Below are positions 49,801-57,892 of a DNA stretch of 59,013 nucleotides, piece by piece. The notes under the pieces were generated by a model. That model saw only the letters and a program-made list of their open reading frames with translations. It was not told where the DNA came from and ran no database searches. This DNA is from a virus (Duplodnaviria > Caudoviricetes), in the IMG/VR virus record IMGVR_UViG_3300030329_002180, positions 1 through 59,013 of that record, one strand, 5' to 3'. The position numbers and the translations under genes were made by a program. The number at the start of each line of letters is the position of its first letter. Positions within the stretch are counted from its first letter, which is position 1.

Positions 49801-52800
49801 CTGGGTCTTTACATGATTACGTTTATAAAGGTGGTGATAAAAAGTTGATAAACGAAAGGTTTAATGATGTAGCTAATTTTTTAGCACAACAAACATATAT
49901 ACCTTACGGAATATGGAGAGCTACAAATCCAGTTACATCATTTACAACAATGAAAGGTAAAGTGTCCGACCAACATATCGTTCAAGTTTTAAATCAATCT
50001 GTAAACACTGTTAAAAATATTGCTAAATATAAAAGCAAAGATAAATTTATAAAAGATTTCGTATTAACTGATAAGTATTCTAATAGATCTTTTACTACTG
50101 AAAAAAATCAAAAATTAAGCGATAAATCTGGTAGAACAACTTACGAAGGCCCAATGGCTAAAGGTGTAAAACAAGAATTCCAATTAATAGTTGACCCAAA
50201 ACAATTATCTGAAAACTTTATTATTGATGTTAAAGGTAAAAAAGTAGAAATAAAAACTTGGGGTGATAGTTTGATAGAGCAATTATCTGGCAAATCTTTA
50301 GATAAACTAGGACACTTGAGTAGTAAGGATTTAAATCATTACATAAAAGAGGTTCAAGCTATTTTAGAAGGTCAAAAAACTAAAAAGAAAAAAAGAGGTA
50401 TTACTGTTTGGGATTTTGATGATACTATAGCTAGAACAAAATCAAACGTGTTATTTACAGATCCTAAAGGCAAAAAAGGTAAACTTAATGCTGAGGAGTT
50501 TGCTAAGCATGGAAAAACGTTATTAGATCAAGGTTTTAAATTTGATTTTTCTGAATTTAATAAAGTTATTGATGGTAAGAAAGGTCCGTTTTTTGACAAA
50601 GCACTAAAAAGAAATGAAAAATTTGGTAATAAAGATGTTTTTATATTAACAGCTAGACCTGGTGTTTCTGCAAATGCTATACACGAGTTTTTGAAAGGTA
50701 TTGGTTTAGAAATACCTTTAGAAAATATTAAAGGTTTAGGTAATAGCACCGCTGAAGCTAAAGCTAAATGGATGGTTGGTAAAGTTGCGGAAGGTTACAA
50801 TGATTTTTATTTTGCTGACGATGCTATAAAAAATACTAACGCGGTTAAAAATGTACTTAATCAATTCGATGTTAAATCCAAAGTTCAACTTGCTCAACAA
50901 AGCTTATCATCAAAAAGAAGTGAGAAATTTAACAAAATACTAGAAGATGTTTCTGGAATGGAAGCTAAAAAACGTTTTTCAGATGTTAAAGCTAAAATAA
51001 GAGGCTCTGCGAAAGATAAGTTTGAATTTTTTATACCATCATCTGCTGAGGACTTTGTAGGATTAATGTATAAGTTTATGGGTAAAGGTGTTAAAGGAGA
51101 AAAACATCAAGCTTGGTTTAAAAGAAATTTATTAGATCCATTTGAAAAAGGTATTTTTGATTTAAATAATGCTAAACAAAAAATAGCTACAGAATATGAT
51201 GTTTTAAAATCTCAAAATAAAGAAGCTATAAATAAATTAAAAGAAAGAGTAAAGGATAATAAGGATTTTACTTACGAACAAGCTTTACGTGTTCATTTAT
51301 TTGAGAAGGCTGGTTACGACACGCCTGGTCTATCTAAAACAGACAAAGGTAAATTGTTAGAAGCAGTAAACTCTAATCCTGATTTACTAGCATTGTCACA
51401 CACACTAAGTAAAATATCAAGAAAGAAAGAGGGTTATATAGAGCCGAAAAAAGATTGGTTAACAGGTGATATACAAACTGATTTAATGTCATTGACATCT
51501 AGAACGGCAAGAGCTAAGTATTTGAATAAATGGATAGAAAATAAAAATGAAATATTTTCACCAGAAAATTTAAACAAAATTGAAGCTATTCACGGTACTA
51601 AATATAGAGAAGCTTTAGAAGATATTTTATATAGAATGGAAACGGGTGTTAATAGAAATATTGGTAAAGATAGATTTAATTATAGGTTTTCAGAAGCAAT
51701 GTCTAATTCTGTTGGTGCTATAATGTTTGCTAACATTAGATCAGCAACTTTACAGATGTTATCTACAGTGAACTTTGTTAATTGGGGTCATAATAATATA
51801 TTTAATGTTGCTAAAACTTTTGCTAATCCAAAACAATATTGGAAAGATGTAACTATGATATTTAATTCTAATTGGGCTAAACAGAGAAGATCAGGTTTAA
51901 AAACAGATGTTAACCACGTTGAGTTGGCGGAAGCTGCTTCTTCTGGTTCAAATAAGTTTAGATCCGGTATGAAATGGTTGTTACAAAAAGGTTTTATGCC
52001 AACTCAAATAGCTGATAGTTTTGCAATAGCAACAGGTGGTGCTTCATATTATAGAAATACTGTTAAAAAATATATGAAAGAAGGTTTGACAAAGAAAAAT
52101 GCGGAGAAGAAAGCTTGGTTAGAATTCCAACACATAGCAGAAAGAACACAGCAGTCTGCTAGACCAGATTTAATATCACAACAACAAGCTTCTCCACTTG
52201 GGAGATTTATATTAGCTTTTGCTAACACACCAATGCAGTATAACAGGATTATAAAGAAGTCTTTTACAGATCTTAAAAATGGAAGAGGAGATGCTAAAGC
52301 TCATATATCTAAAATTATATATTATGGAGCTATGCAAAACTTTATATTCTCATCATTACAAGCAGGGTTGTTCACATTATTGTTTGATGATACTGATGAG
52401 AATGCTATAAAACAAAAAGAAGTTAGAATTGCTAATTCTATGTTAGACACTGTTTTAAGAGGATCTGGTTTTGCTGGAGCTGGTGTATCATCTTTAAAAA
52501 ACATGTTACTAGAATTCCACAAGCAAGAAGGCAAAGGATATAACGCAGATCACATGAGAACTGTTTTACAAGGATTAAATTTCTCACCACCTCTAGGGTC
52601 TAGAGTTAGAAAAGTGTATTCTGGATTAACAAATTATAAATACAACAAACAGCTTATAGAAGCAAGAGGATTTAATATTGATAATCCAGCTTTAAATATA
52701 ACCGGTAATGTTGTTGAGGGATTGACAAACGTACCTTTAGCTAGATTAGTTAACAAGACTAATAATGTTGTTGAAGGTTTAAGCGGTGAGCATGAAACGT

Positions 52801-53069
52801 GGCAATCGATAGCGCTTTTAATGGGTTGGAATAGATGGGATTTAGGAGTGGAAAACGAAGAAATGAAAAAATTAAGAGAACAAATAAAGATACAAAATAG
52901 ATTAAGAGGAAAAGGTAAAGCCTCTGTAACTAGAATGATTAACAAAGCAAAAAAAGAAACTAGAGTTGGTTATAGACCATATTTATATAACAACCAAATA
53001 CGTTGGGTTAGGTTAAAAGATAAAGATATTTTTGAAAGAAATTACCCAGAAGCAGAGCTTATAAAGTAA
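43818..53069 (+). CDS. Giant multidomain internal virion protein (zincin peptidase, sigma-region-2-like, HAD phosphatase segments)
   Basis: IPHEVNH...ANEF; NNKGIVNR...IIDSYKPSEGAFGKYL; VWDFDDTIA...ILTARP...FADDAIKN. Confidence 0.7.
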   Translation: MRRFKLFGRIYNIPEEGVKQFLETYPDAEEYFGESSEKVTEDVTKLSDDDAVVRLNSQYGDLGFSFETAGLLSNKVKVTNFDGTISETFDFNNWTDAGRSKVASDLNDWMSANAAPNTDPNFAPISGEQLHKQSTLNGAFNIEESAVVHLNNLYRDKGVWFEEISPGSDEVRVHKGGKHLDVKLPNNISNINQENARDWDIVASKISNFATGVSITPVYEGQMGKFSELIERKLDEPGFLESLGITDWEYAVKREVNQNISKEEAKYNVILKALKSKAGTEGIFGFGWNPNDDYSQLKEKEIDRSIEQAVNNRYYAARNARLVAESNQLANFLAENIEEDVDGRKFQAATIDDIHELYKQKSIKEFSKEGKKLFNLVEEWKKLNQQRLNGVDVKRSDIQKLESQIRTARNNYTNWYTTASSFVDRDGNPISPVQGEKLVGGYMLTEEDRDNSRQDVSKRLQFSNIDELRDDMYVDKFISDKMYNKMEKIVINNHEGRKLLEKAGYRSSGTTDLGYIYEVPFGFLAENYKEIIKGDTALPMEGKKFKSDPGYFGLFEFDKQQSKQGAKGDYGDIEEYTEGKDFSQRFKQSLKTYKSERKKLISDLNTVNEMSLLNIDPASKISGKGAVVENVGDFFMHMGGILVESTGRIFDRDFEIDDRSKSVQAELEKLKNIPDYEMTEAQLEASKKNMAYEVAEGVTGFVPAIAEFAAIEFATAGLGSQFALSKLGMRLLKTEKSIKAFEKAYDVKRGTKEFDKAVKTLGLRSLDSTKLGKVLIPTAKVLNEELKMGIVMGPEDYHVGSGAAFYGVGQLMQRLLPKAAGSRWEAVRTFIRNGSSGAMGVKAGEELHALIEDMRGNESYMKHIEDAYGDMSQVGRDALVEFLVFSLVGFKGTIDSHGGKWLGFRSNRQLDTLLTESLVKSRELNTDRLNILKGRKFEDLNPGEKKKVTDLESRIDNWIQVQNGVMRRINIINRNIDFKSSPEKATKQMNERFNTIIEEMSKMRTSNKDGEPIKFKVVRYRKDGDFKDKDSAAEFDGKNTIWVDAQRAEWGKIPHEVNHVFIKQWFGTEKGKLVAEKFKLELIENLKPIKFRGFAKKNGEYIDKDGKVIDKRTDFEGTPAQIKAQKEAARVYKEFSIEDYILNEYSNRKDFHDIKANEFISYTMEALADPMNRDKVLGGGIMTRMHQSYNRLLERGGGGKAKLGENLKGLDLVRFMSNLSMDLAGGKVTSRQLEKFKELLSDPVLDNHINKVDKIAKMRETVTKNQEPLSSKVNEFKRQELIERKNKLETTKPKDWKERVEKTVKEISELRKTDQLQEVTESNKKVSLKNDALLKEYNKVKLDKKETKKLSLELAKLEDKARSIGEARKEGYIEEIRKLTPRINEIKEGLKKSNKIKEDILQNNKGIVNRWLFGDPKTKTPGVIDPAKSSQAELKEIKSSADIEVMNIIDSYKPSEGAFGKYLIGALRGKTGNQRLGNILKRAGIDLDVKMKTVSRDAPEYKEKEGEGYDFEAQKEKRKKEEKELKEEIAGKRILKEDFKLNEEQISRVESRLEGRDWYKEDLITVDNVAKDIISEVMGNTITEKINWITKGDNWKVALDAVSKQSFSIARLDLPHRVGSKGSAQMSTKLKGTVVRDIMEPTGETVSLKIEGSTQNLPIQRKKTFTRESFLRDVLHVTFDAKGKLVSVNADSALGKKRKKAFNNLQYEMGRGFSIQLSKDVIKRGEASGDIVIKTTLQDLINKVQDGKSPNLASKYNELIKEAQERKPSLFRVKSILGEDSKEYKKLEKDILLQISDNKKLATSIYEAYDLTPAKLEKIVVEQYKRFRNKELREELRKAGFELNKDVAGGKDGYINKPETFVKLANYLNKNLKLPSTFFYSMLLDSYGVKKWQPYNSWAGRKILKEQDISWETINEIHGQFLGLSGFGTKTTGDKAGIILSNALKDKIRRTNNKDLTPIEKAEEIVNWMEGYLNDYGTSIVDAYKNNKKVRKDLAGSLHDYVYKGGDKKLINERFNDVANFLAQQTYIPYGIWRATNPVTSFTTMKGKVSDQHIVQVLNQSVNTVKNIAKYKSKDKFIKDFVLTDKYSNRSFTTEKNQKLSDKSGRTTYEGPMAKGVKQEFQLIVDPKQLSENFIIDVKGKKVEIKTWGDSLIEQLSGKSLDKLGHLSSKDLNHYIKEVQAILEGQKTKKKKRGITVWDFDDTIARTKSNVLFTDPKGKKGKLNAEEFAKHGKTLLDQGFKFDFSEFNKVIDGKKGPFFDKALKRNEKFGNKDVFILTARPGVSANAIHEFLKGIGLEIPLENIKGLGNSTAEAKAKWMVGKVAEGYNDFYFADDAIKNTNAVKNVLNQFDVKSKVQLAQQSLSSKRSEKFNKILEDVSGMEAKKRFSDVKAKIRGSAKDKFEFFIPSSAEDFVGLMYKFMGKGVKGEKHQAWFKRNLLDPFEKGIFDLNNAKQKIATEYDVLKSQNKEAINKLKERVKDNKDFTYEQALRVHLFEKAGYDTPGLSKTDKGKLLEAVNSNPDLLALSHTLSKISRKKEGYIEPKKDWLTGDIQTDLMSLTSRTARAKYLNKWIENKNEIFSPENLNKIEAIHGTKYREALEDILYRMETGVNRNIGKDRFNYRFSEAMSNSVGAIMFANIRSATLQMLSTVNFVNWGHNNIFNVAKTFANPKQYWKDVTMIFNSNWAKQRRSGLKTDVNHVELAEAASSGSNKFRSGMKWLLQKGFMPTQIADSFAIATGGASYYRNTVKKYMKEGLTKKNAEKKAWLEFQHIAERTQQSARPDLISQQQASPLGRFILAFANTPMQYNRIIKKSFTDLKNGRGDAKAHISKIIYYGAMQNFIFSSLQAGLFTLLFDDTDENAIKQKEVRIANSMLDTVLRGSGFAGAGVSSLKNMLLEFHKQEGKGYNADHMRTVLQGLNFSPPLGSRVRKVYSGLTNYKYNKQLIEARGFNIDNPALNITGNVVEGLTNVPLARLVNKTNNVVEGLSGEHETWQSIALLMGWNRWDLGVENEEMKKLREQIKIQNRLRGKGKASVTRMINKAKKETRVGYRPYLYNNQIRWVRLKDKDIFERNYPEAELIK

Positions 53070-53092
53070 TATAAACAAGTGATAATAATAAA

Positions 53093-53371
53093 ATGGCAAA
53101 AGAATTAAATGAAGATACTGGTTTTCATATCAGTATAAAAACCTTAATAGCTATAGGTTTTGGAATGGCAACAATAATTAGTATGTGGTTTATGCTTCAA
53201 GCAGATATAGCTGAAGCAAAAGCATTACCAGAACCACCTGAGGCAGAAGTTACTAGAATGGAATTTGATATGAAAGATCAAATGATTCGTCAAACTATTA
53301 TGACAACTCAAGAAGATGTTAAGGAAATTAAAAAATCTATTGAAAAAATAGAAGATCATCTTTATAAATAA
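53093..53371 (+). CDS. Single-TM protein with C-terminal coiled coil
   Basis: TLIAIGFGMATIISMWFML then QEDVKEIKKSIEKIEDHL. Confidence 0.7.
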   Translation: MAKELNEDTGFHISIKTLIAIGFGMATIISMWFMLQADIAEAKALPEPPEAEVTRMEFDMKDQMIRQTIMTTQEDVKEIKKSIEKIEDHLYK

Positions 53372-53377
53372 AATTAA

Positions 53378-53728
53378 ATGAAAAATATTGATCCTAAAAT
53401 AGCATATCTATTTGTAATTGTGTTTTGGTTAATAGTTACAACAGCTTTTGGCCAAATAGAAGTAAAACAATTTAACGCTAGTTGGAATAGCGCTAATGAT
53501 GTTGGTTGGGTTCAAAGTCTTGAAGATTGTAAAACTATAAGTTATACTGATGTCGCTAAAGACAAAGAATCTCAAAAAGAATATAAAATAGCAGTAGTAC
53601 CTACTATTATTATATTTAAAGATGGAGAAGAAGTTGCTAGATTTCAAGCTGATTTAAGTTTTAAAATGCAAGCAACAAGAGAAGAAGTACAGGAAGAAAT
53701 AAATAACCAATTAATGAGTGATTTCTAA
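53378..53728 (+). CDS. Exported thioredoxin-fold protein lacking CxxC
   Basis: Signal peptide ending AFG-Q; FNASWNSAN replaces FxAxWCxPC; YKIAVVPTIIIFKDGEEVARF. Confidence 0.7.
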   Translation: MKNIDPKIAYLFVIVFWLIVTTAFGQIEVKQFNASWNSANDVGWVQSLEDCKTISYTDVAKDKESQKEYKIAVVPTIIIFKDGEEVARFQADLSFKMQATREEVQEEINNQLMSDF

Positions 53729-54096
53729 TGTATACTTATAAAATAAAATTAGATAGAGTTATTGATGGTGATACCATTGATGCTCATATTGATTTAGGAT
53801 TTGATGTGTCTATTAAAAAAAGAATTAGATTTGTTGGTATTAATACTCCAGAATCTAGAACTAGAGATTTAGAAGAAAAAGCAAGAGGTTTAGCAGCTAA
53901 AGATAGATTAAAGAATTTATTAGAAGGTGCTAATATGATACAATTAAAATCTCACGGCGTTGGAAAATATGGAAGATGTTTAGGTGAGTTACACATAGAC
54001 GTTGTTGACGGTCAAGATAAAATGACCTTAGAAAATGTAAATGAATTATTAATAAAAGAGGGCCATGCCGTAGAATATCATGGAGGTAAAAGATAA
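53728..54096 (+). CDS. Staphylococcal nuclease-like (thermonuclease) protein
   Basis: RVIDGDTID, RIRFVGINTPE, KYGRCLG, NELLIKEGHA. Confidence 0.85.
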   Translation: MYTYKIKLDRVIDGDTIDAHIDLGFDVSIKKRIRFVGINTPESRTRDLEEKARGLAAKDRLKNLLEGANMIQLKSHGVGKYGRCLGELHIDVVDGQDKMTLENVNELLIKEGHAVEYHGGKR

Positions 54097-54100
54097 AAAT

Positions 54101-54184
54101 ATGAAAGAAACTATATGTAAACTTATATGTAAAATTACTGTTGGTAATATTTGTTTAGGATGGTGTGATAAAAAATGTTGTTAA
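54101..54184 (+). CDS. Cys-rich micropeptide, 27 aa (MKETICKLICKITVGNICLGWCDKKCC)
   Basis: Translated by hand; A-rich leader; fills the gap with 4-nt and 2-nt spacing. Confidence 0.55.
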   Translation: MKETICKLICKITVGNICLGWCDKKCC

Positions 54185-54186
54185 TA

Positions 54187-54297
54187 ATGAAACAATTATT
54201 AATTATATTATTATTATTATGTTTATCAAGTTGCTTGACAACAAAACAAACTTGTGAAAAAGAAACTAAAAAATGTTGTACAAAAAAAATAAAATGA
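54187..54297 (+). CDS. Small lipoprotein, 36 aa (MKQLLIILLLLCLSSCLTTKQTCEKETKKCCTKKIK)
   Basis: Translated by hand; lipobox LSS-C; stop overlaps the next ATG (ATGA). Confidence 0.6.
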   Translation: MKQLLIILLLLCLSSCLTTKQTCEKETKKCCTKKIK

Positions 54298-56486
54298 AAA
54301 AAATAATACTATTACTATTACTACCTATAATAACTTTTGCGCAAAAAGAAGTTGTTATACATATACAAACTGATTCTTGGCCAGGAGAAACTAAATGGAC
54401 TTTGTATAAAGACGCTTATCAAGGCGATACTATAGCTTACGTTCCTTATTATCATTATAGTGCGCCAAATACAATGCACAGAGACACTGTTTATATGGCT
54501 GATAGTATTACTAATATATCATTTGTTATATATGATGGATATGGTGATGGTATTGTGAATGGTAGTTATTACGTTACTATATGTGGTGATACTGTGGTAG
54601 ATTATCCTGTATCTACATTTACAACAGGGTTAATACACAATAGAATGGTTCCTCAATGCATGCCTAATCCTCCTCCAGGTGTACCTGTTAAAATTGTTAT
54701 TAATTTAGATCAATATCAAGGCGAAACATCTTGGGATATAAAAGATACAAACGGTGTAACCTATGCTACGGGTGGTGGATATAATGTTCAACCTGATTAT
54801 GCTACAGTAATAACAAACGCTACTATCCCTAAGGGAGATTTGATATTTAATATATATGATAGCTACGGAGATGGTTTAAACGGAGCTTTATGGCAGGGAC
54901 AAGATGGTTCTTATTACGTTATTCAATGTAACGATACTTTAATATATGGTACTGATCCAGCTTTTGGATATGACACTTCACATGTATTTGTATCTGATTC
55001 TTGTCCTCCTATACTTGGTTGTACAGATGATGATTATGTAGAGTGGAATCCTTTTGCAACAGTAGATGATGGAAGTTGTCAAACACTAAAAATATTTGGT
55101 TGCTTAGATTCTACAATGTATAATTACGATCCAGGTGCCAATACAATGGAATTAATTGACACATGTACTTTTAAATTAATACTACATGATTTGATGGGTA
55201 ATGGTTGGGTTGGTTCTCATTTAAAACTAATACATCCAGATACATCATATCAATTTACACATTCAGGCGGGTTTGATGATATATATTACGTAGGATTAAC
55301 AGCTCCAGATCCAATAACATTTAGATTTCATATATCATCACAAGCTAGTTTAACCACTATAGAATGTGGATTTACTTTAATTAATCCAGAAGGTGATACT
55401 ATGATAAGTATTCAACCTCCGTTTATACAACCGTTGTTTTCTTATAATATGATTACTAATTGTGGTAATACTTGTGAAGAAAAAGTATTTGGGTGTATGG
55501 ATATATTAGCAATTAATTACGATAGTTTAGCAAACACAGATGACAGCACTTGTTATTATGGTCCTGGTTGTACTAACTCTTCTTATTTAGAATATTACAC
55601 ACAAGGTTATGTAGCTGACTATGACGACGGTAGTTGTATAACGCTAGCCGTATGGGGATGTATGGATTCTACAGCGTTTAATTATGATACATTAGCTAAT
55701 ATAGATAATGGTGGATGTGTCCCTGTTATATTAGGTTGTATGAATGAATTAGCTTTTAATTACAATCCTAATGCAAACACACCGGATACTTGCGTACCTT
55801 TAATATATGGATGTACGGATCCTACAATGTATAATTTCTGTGATACTTGTAACACGGATGACGGTAGTTGTGAGCCTTATGTTTTTGGATGTACTGATTC
55901 TACTATGTTTAACTTTAATCCATTAGCAAATGCAGATAACAACTCTTGTATTCCTTATATTTACGGTTGCACTGATCCTAGTATGCTTAATTACAACCCA
56001 CAAGCCAATACAGAAGATTTTAGTTGTATTGCTTATATTTATGGTTGTATGGATAGTACTGCTCTTAACTATGATTCAACAGCTAATACTGATAACGGTT
56101 CGTGTATCACTGTGGTTGAAGGATGTATGGACCCATCAGCTTACAACTATTCTGAGCTTGCTAATGTTAATGATAGCAGTTCTTGCTTATATAATGCTGG
56201 TTGTATCACTGGCCCAGGTGTTCCGTATTGGTTAAACGATCCTTGCTACGCTTGGGTATTATCAGTAGATGATTACTGTTGTGAAAATGAGTGGGATACA
56301 ATATGTCAAGCAACTTATAATCATTGTTTTAATGGGTGGGTCGGGCCATTATTAACAAGACAAATGGAAAGGAAAATAATAGCAATAACAGATTTACTAG
56401 GAAGACCAACAAAAGAAATAAAAAATCAACTTTTATTTTACATATATAATGATGGTACTGTTGAAAGAAAATTAATAAAAGATTAA
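54294..56486 (+). CDS. Secreted Cys/Asp-rich repeat protein with T9SS-like C-terminal sorting domain; start revised to MKKIILL
   Basis: Signal peptide ending TFA-Q; about 11 GC[TM]D....NY...AN.DDGSC repeats; ITDLLGR...FYIYNDGTVERKLI end. Confidence 0.75.
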   Translation: MKKIILLLLLPIITFAQKEVVIHIQTDSWPGETKWTLYKDAYQGDTIAYVPYYHYSAPNTMHRDTVYMADSITNISFVIYDGYGDGIVNGSYYVTICGDTVVDYPVSTFTTGLIHNRMVPQCMPNPPPGVPVKIVINLDQYQGETSWDIKDTNGVTYATGGGYNVQPDYATVITNATIPKGDLIFNIYDSYGDGLNGALWQGQDGSYYVIQCNDTLIYGTDPAFGYDTSHVFVSDSCPPILGCTDDDYVEWNPFATVDDGSCQTLKIFGCLDSTMYNYDPGANTMELIDTCTFKLILHDLMGNGWVGSHLKLIHPDTSYQFTHSGGFDDIYYVGLTAPDPITFRFHISSQASLTTIECGFTLINPEGDTMISIQPPFIQPLFSYNMITNCGNTCEEKVFGCMDILAINYDSLANTDDSTCYYGPGCTNSSYLEYYTQGYVADYDDGSCITLAVWGCMDSTAFNYDTLANIDNGGCVPVILGCMNELAFNYNPNANTPDTCVPLIYGCTDPTMYNFCDTCNTDDGSCEPYVFGCTDSTMFNFNPLANADNNSCIPYIYGCTDPSMLNYNPQANTEDFSCIAYIYGCMDSTALNYDSTANTDNGSCITVVEGCMDPSAYNYSELANVNDSSSCLYNAGCITGPGVPYWLNDPCYAWVLSVDDYCCENEWDTICQATYNHCFNGWVGPLLTRQMERKIIAITDLLGRPTKEIKNQLLFYIYNDGTVERKLIKD

Positions 56487-56487
56487 C

Positions 56488-57333
56488 ATGAAATGGTTAG
56501 GTCAACATATTGTAGATTTTATAGCTAGGTTTCGTAGTGACGTATATTTAGAAGGTGCAACTGAAGAAACACAAGATCATGTTGTTAGTATTAACGCTGA
56601 TGATGGTAAATTATACTACCAACCTGCGGCTACAGGAGATATAACAGGTGTAACAATAACAACAGATAGTGGTGGTGGAAGTAAAGCAACAGATACAGCT
56701 GGTAGTGCTGATTTTAGTATATTAGGATCTAGTGGGGTTGGCGTAACAAATTCTGGTACTACTATAACAGCGGTAGCTGTTCCCGGTGAGATTGACCATG
56801 ATTCGTTAAATAATTTTGATGCTAACGAGCATTTTACTCAAGCTAATATAACAACAGTTGGTACAGTATCTTCTGGAACATGGCAAGGTACGCCTATAGC
56901 TGCAGCTTATATTGCAGATAATAAAGGTACAAAACATTTTGGTGATACTATAAAAATATTACCAACTGATTTTATGTCTAACGAGGATGGAGGGGCGAAT
57001 AAATCCGCACAATTTAGAGATGATACTATAATAGGAGTTAGATCAACACATAACGATGCTGAGCTTTATGCTTTTGTAGCTATACCAGAAGGAAAAACAG
57101 CCACATCCGTAACAGTATATGGAAACGATACGGGTTTAGCAGTTAACGTTTATGAATCTGATATTAACGCTGGTGCTTTAACTGACAAAACTCCCGGTGG
57201 TGGTTGTACGGTTGGATCAGCTTGTGATATAACCGATGTAGCATCAGATGCTACTAATTATTTAGCTATAAAAGTAACAACAACAAACTACACTAACGAT
57301 ATAGTATATGGTGGTATAGTAACGATATCTTAA
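56488..57333 (+). CDS. Putative tail fibre / structural protein
   Basis: MKWLGQHI start, GDITGV, ITTVGTVSSGTWQGTPI fibre-like repeats. Confidence 0.55.
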   Translation: MKWLGQHIVDFIARFRSDVYLEGATEETQDHVVSINADDGKLYYQPAATGDITGVTITTDSGGGSKATDTAGSADFSILGSSGVGVTNSGTTITAVAVPGEIDHDSLNNFDANEHFTQANITTVGTVSSGTWQGTPIAAAYIADNKGTKHFGDTIKILPTDFMSNEDGGANKSAQFRDDTIIGVRSTHNDAELYAFVAIPEGKTATSVTVYGNDTGLAVNVYESDINAGALTDKTPGGGCTVGSACDITDVASDATNYLAIKVTTTNYTNDIVYGGIVTIS

Positions 57334-57339
57334 TATAAA

Positions 57340-57882
57340 ATGGCAAGAACAACTACACAAAAAATAACAGCTAATACTAAAACAGAAATAACAACTGGTT
57401 ATCATCATTATGATTCATTAAGTTTAACAAATGTTAAAAGTAGTGGTACTGTAACTATAAGTTTATGGATAACTTCTCAAGTTGGTAGTAGTATCACAGA
57501 TACAGGGACAAACTCAAATGAAAGTGATAATGCTGCTACTACTAGCTCGGTAACATTAACTGTTGATGGAACAGCAGCAACCGCAGATGTTTTTGAAAAT
57601 GAAAAAGTATGGAAATCTGACGGTACATTATTTGGTACATGTACGGCTAGAAATAGTAATACAGAGATTGTGTTTGGAGGAGGTTTAGAACAAATATTAG
57701 CTAACAATGATGATTTATATGTTGGTACTAGATATTATATATTAAGTAATGTTATTATACCAAATGGATCGACTTTGGTTTTAGATAATAGTGATTTTGA
57801 ATTTGATTCAAGATTATATAATTTATATATAATATCAGATAGTTCTGATGGTGATATAGATGTAATAATAAGAAAGTTTTAA
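57340..57882 (+). CDS. Putative structural protein
   Basis: Thr-rich beta protein, YYILSNVIIPNGSTLVL. Confidence 0.55.
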   Translation: MARTTTQKITANTKTEITTGYHHYDSLSLTNVKSSGTVTISLWITSQVGSSITDTGTNSNESDNAATTSSVTLTVDGTAATADVFENEKVWKSDGTLFGTCTARNSNTEIVFGGGLEQILANNDDLYVGTRYYILSNVIIPNGSTLVLDNSDFEFDSRLYNLYIISDSSDGDIDVIIRKF

Positions 57883-57892
57883 AAAAAACAAT

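Noticed and set aside
43818-53069. Virion RNA polymerase as in crAss-like or N4-like phages
   Set aside because: No DxDxD catalytic motif in an RNAP context was seen; WDFDDT comes with HAD motifs II and IV.
3480-57707. Antisense and alternate-frame ORFs in the track (e.g. 3480+, 5485+, 9314-, 12924-, 23380-, 48356-, 55930+)
   Set aside because: They lie within or opposite longer, well-supported genes and look like shadow ORFs.
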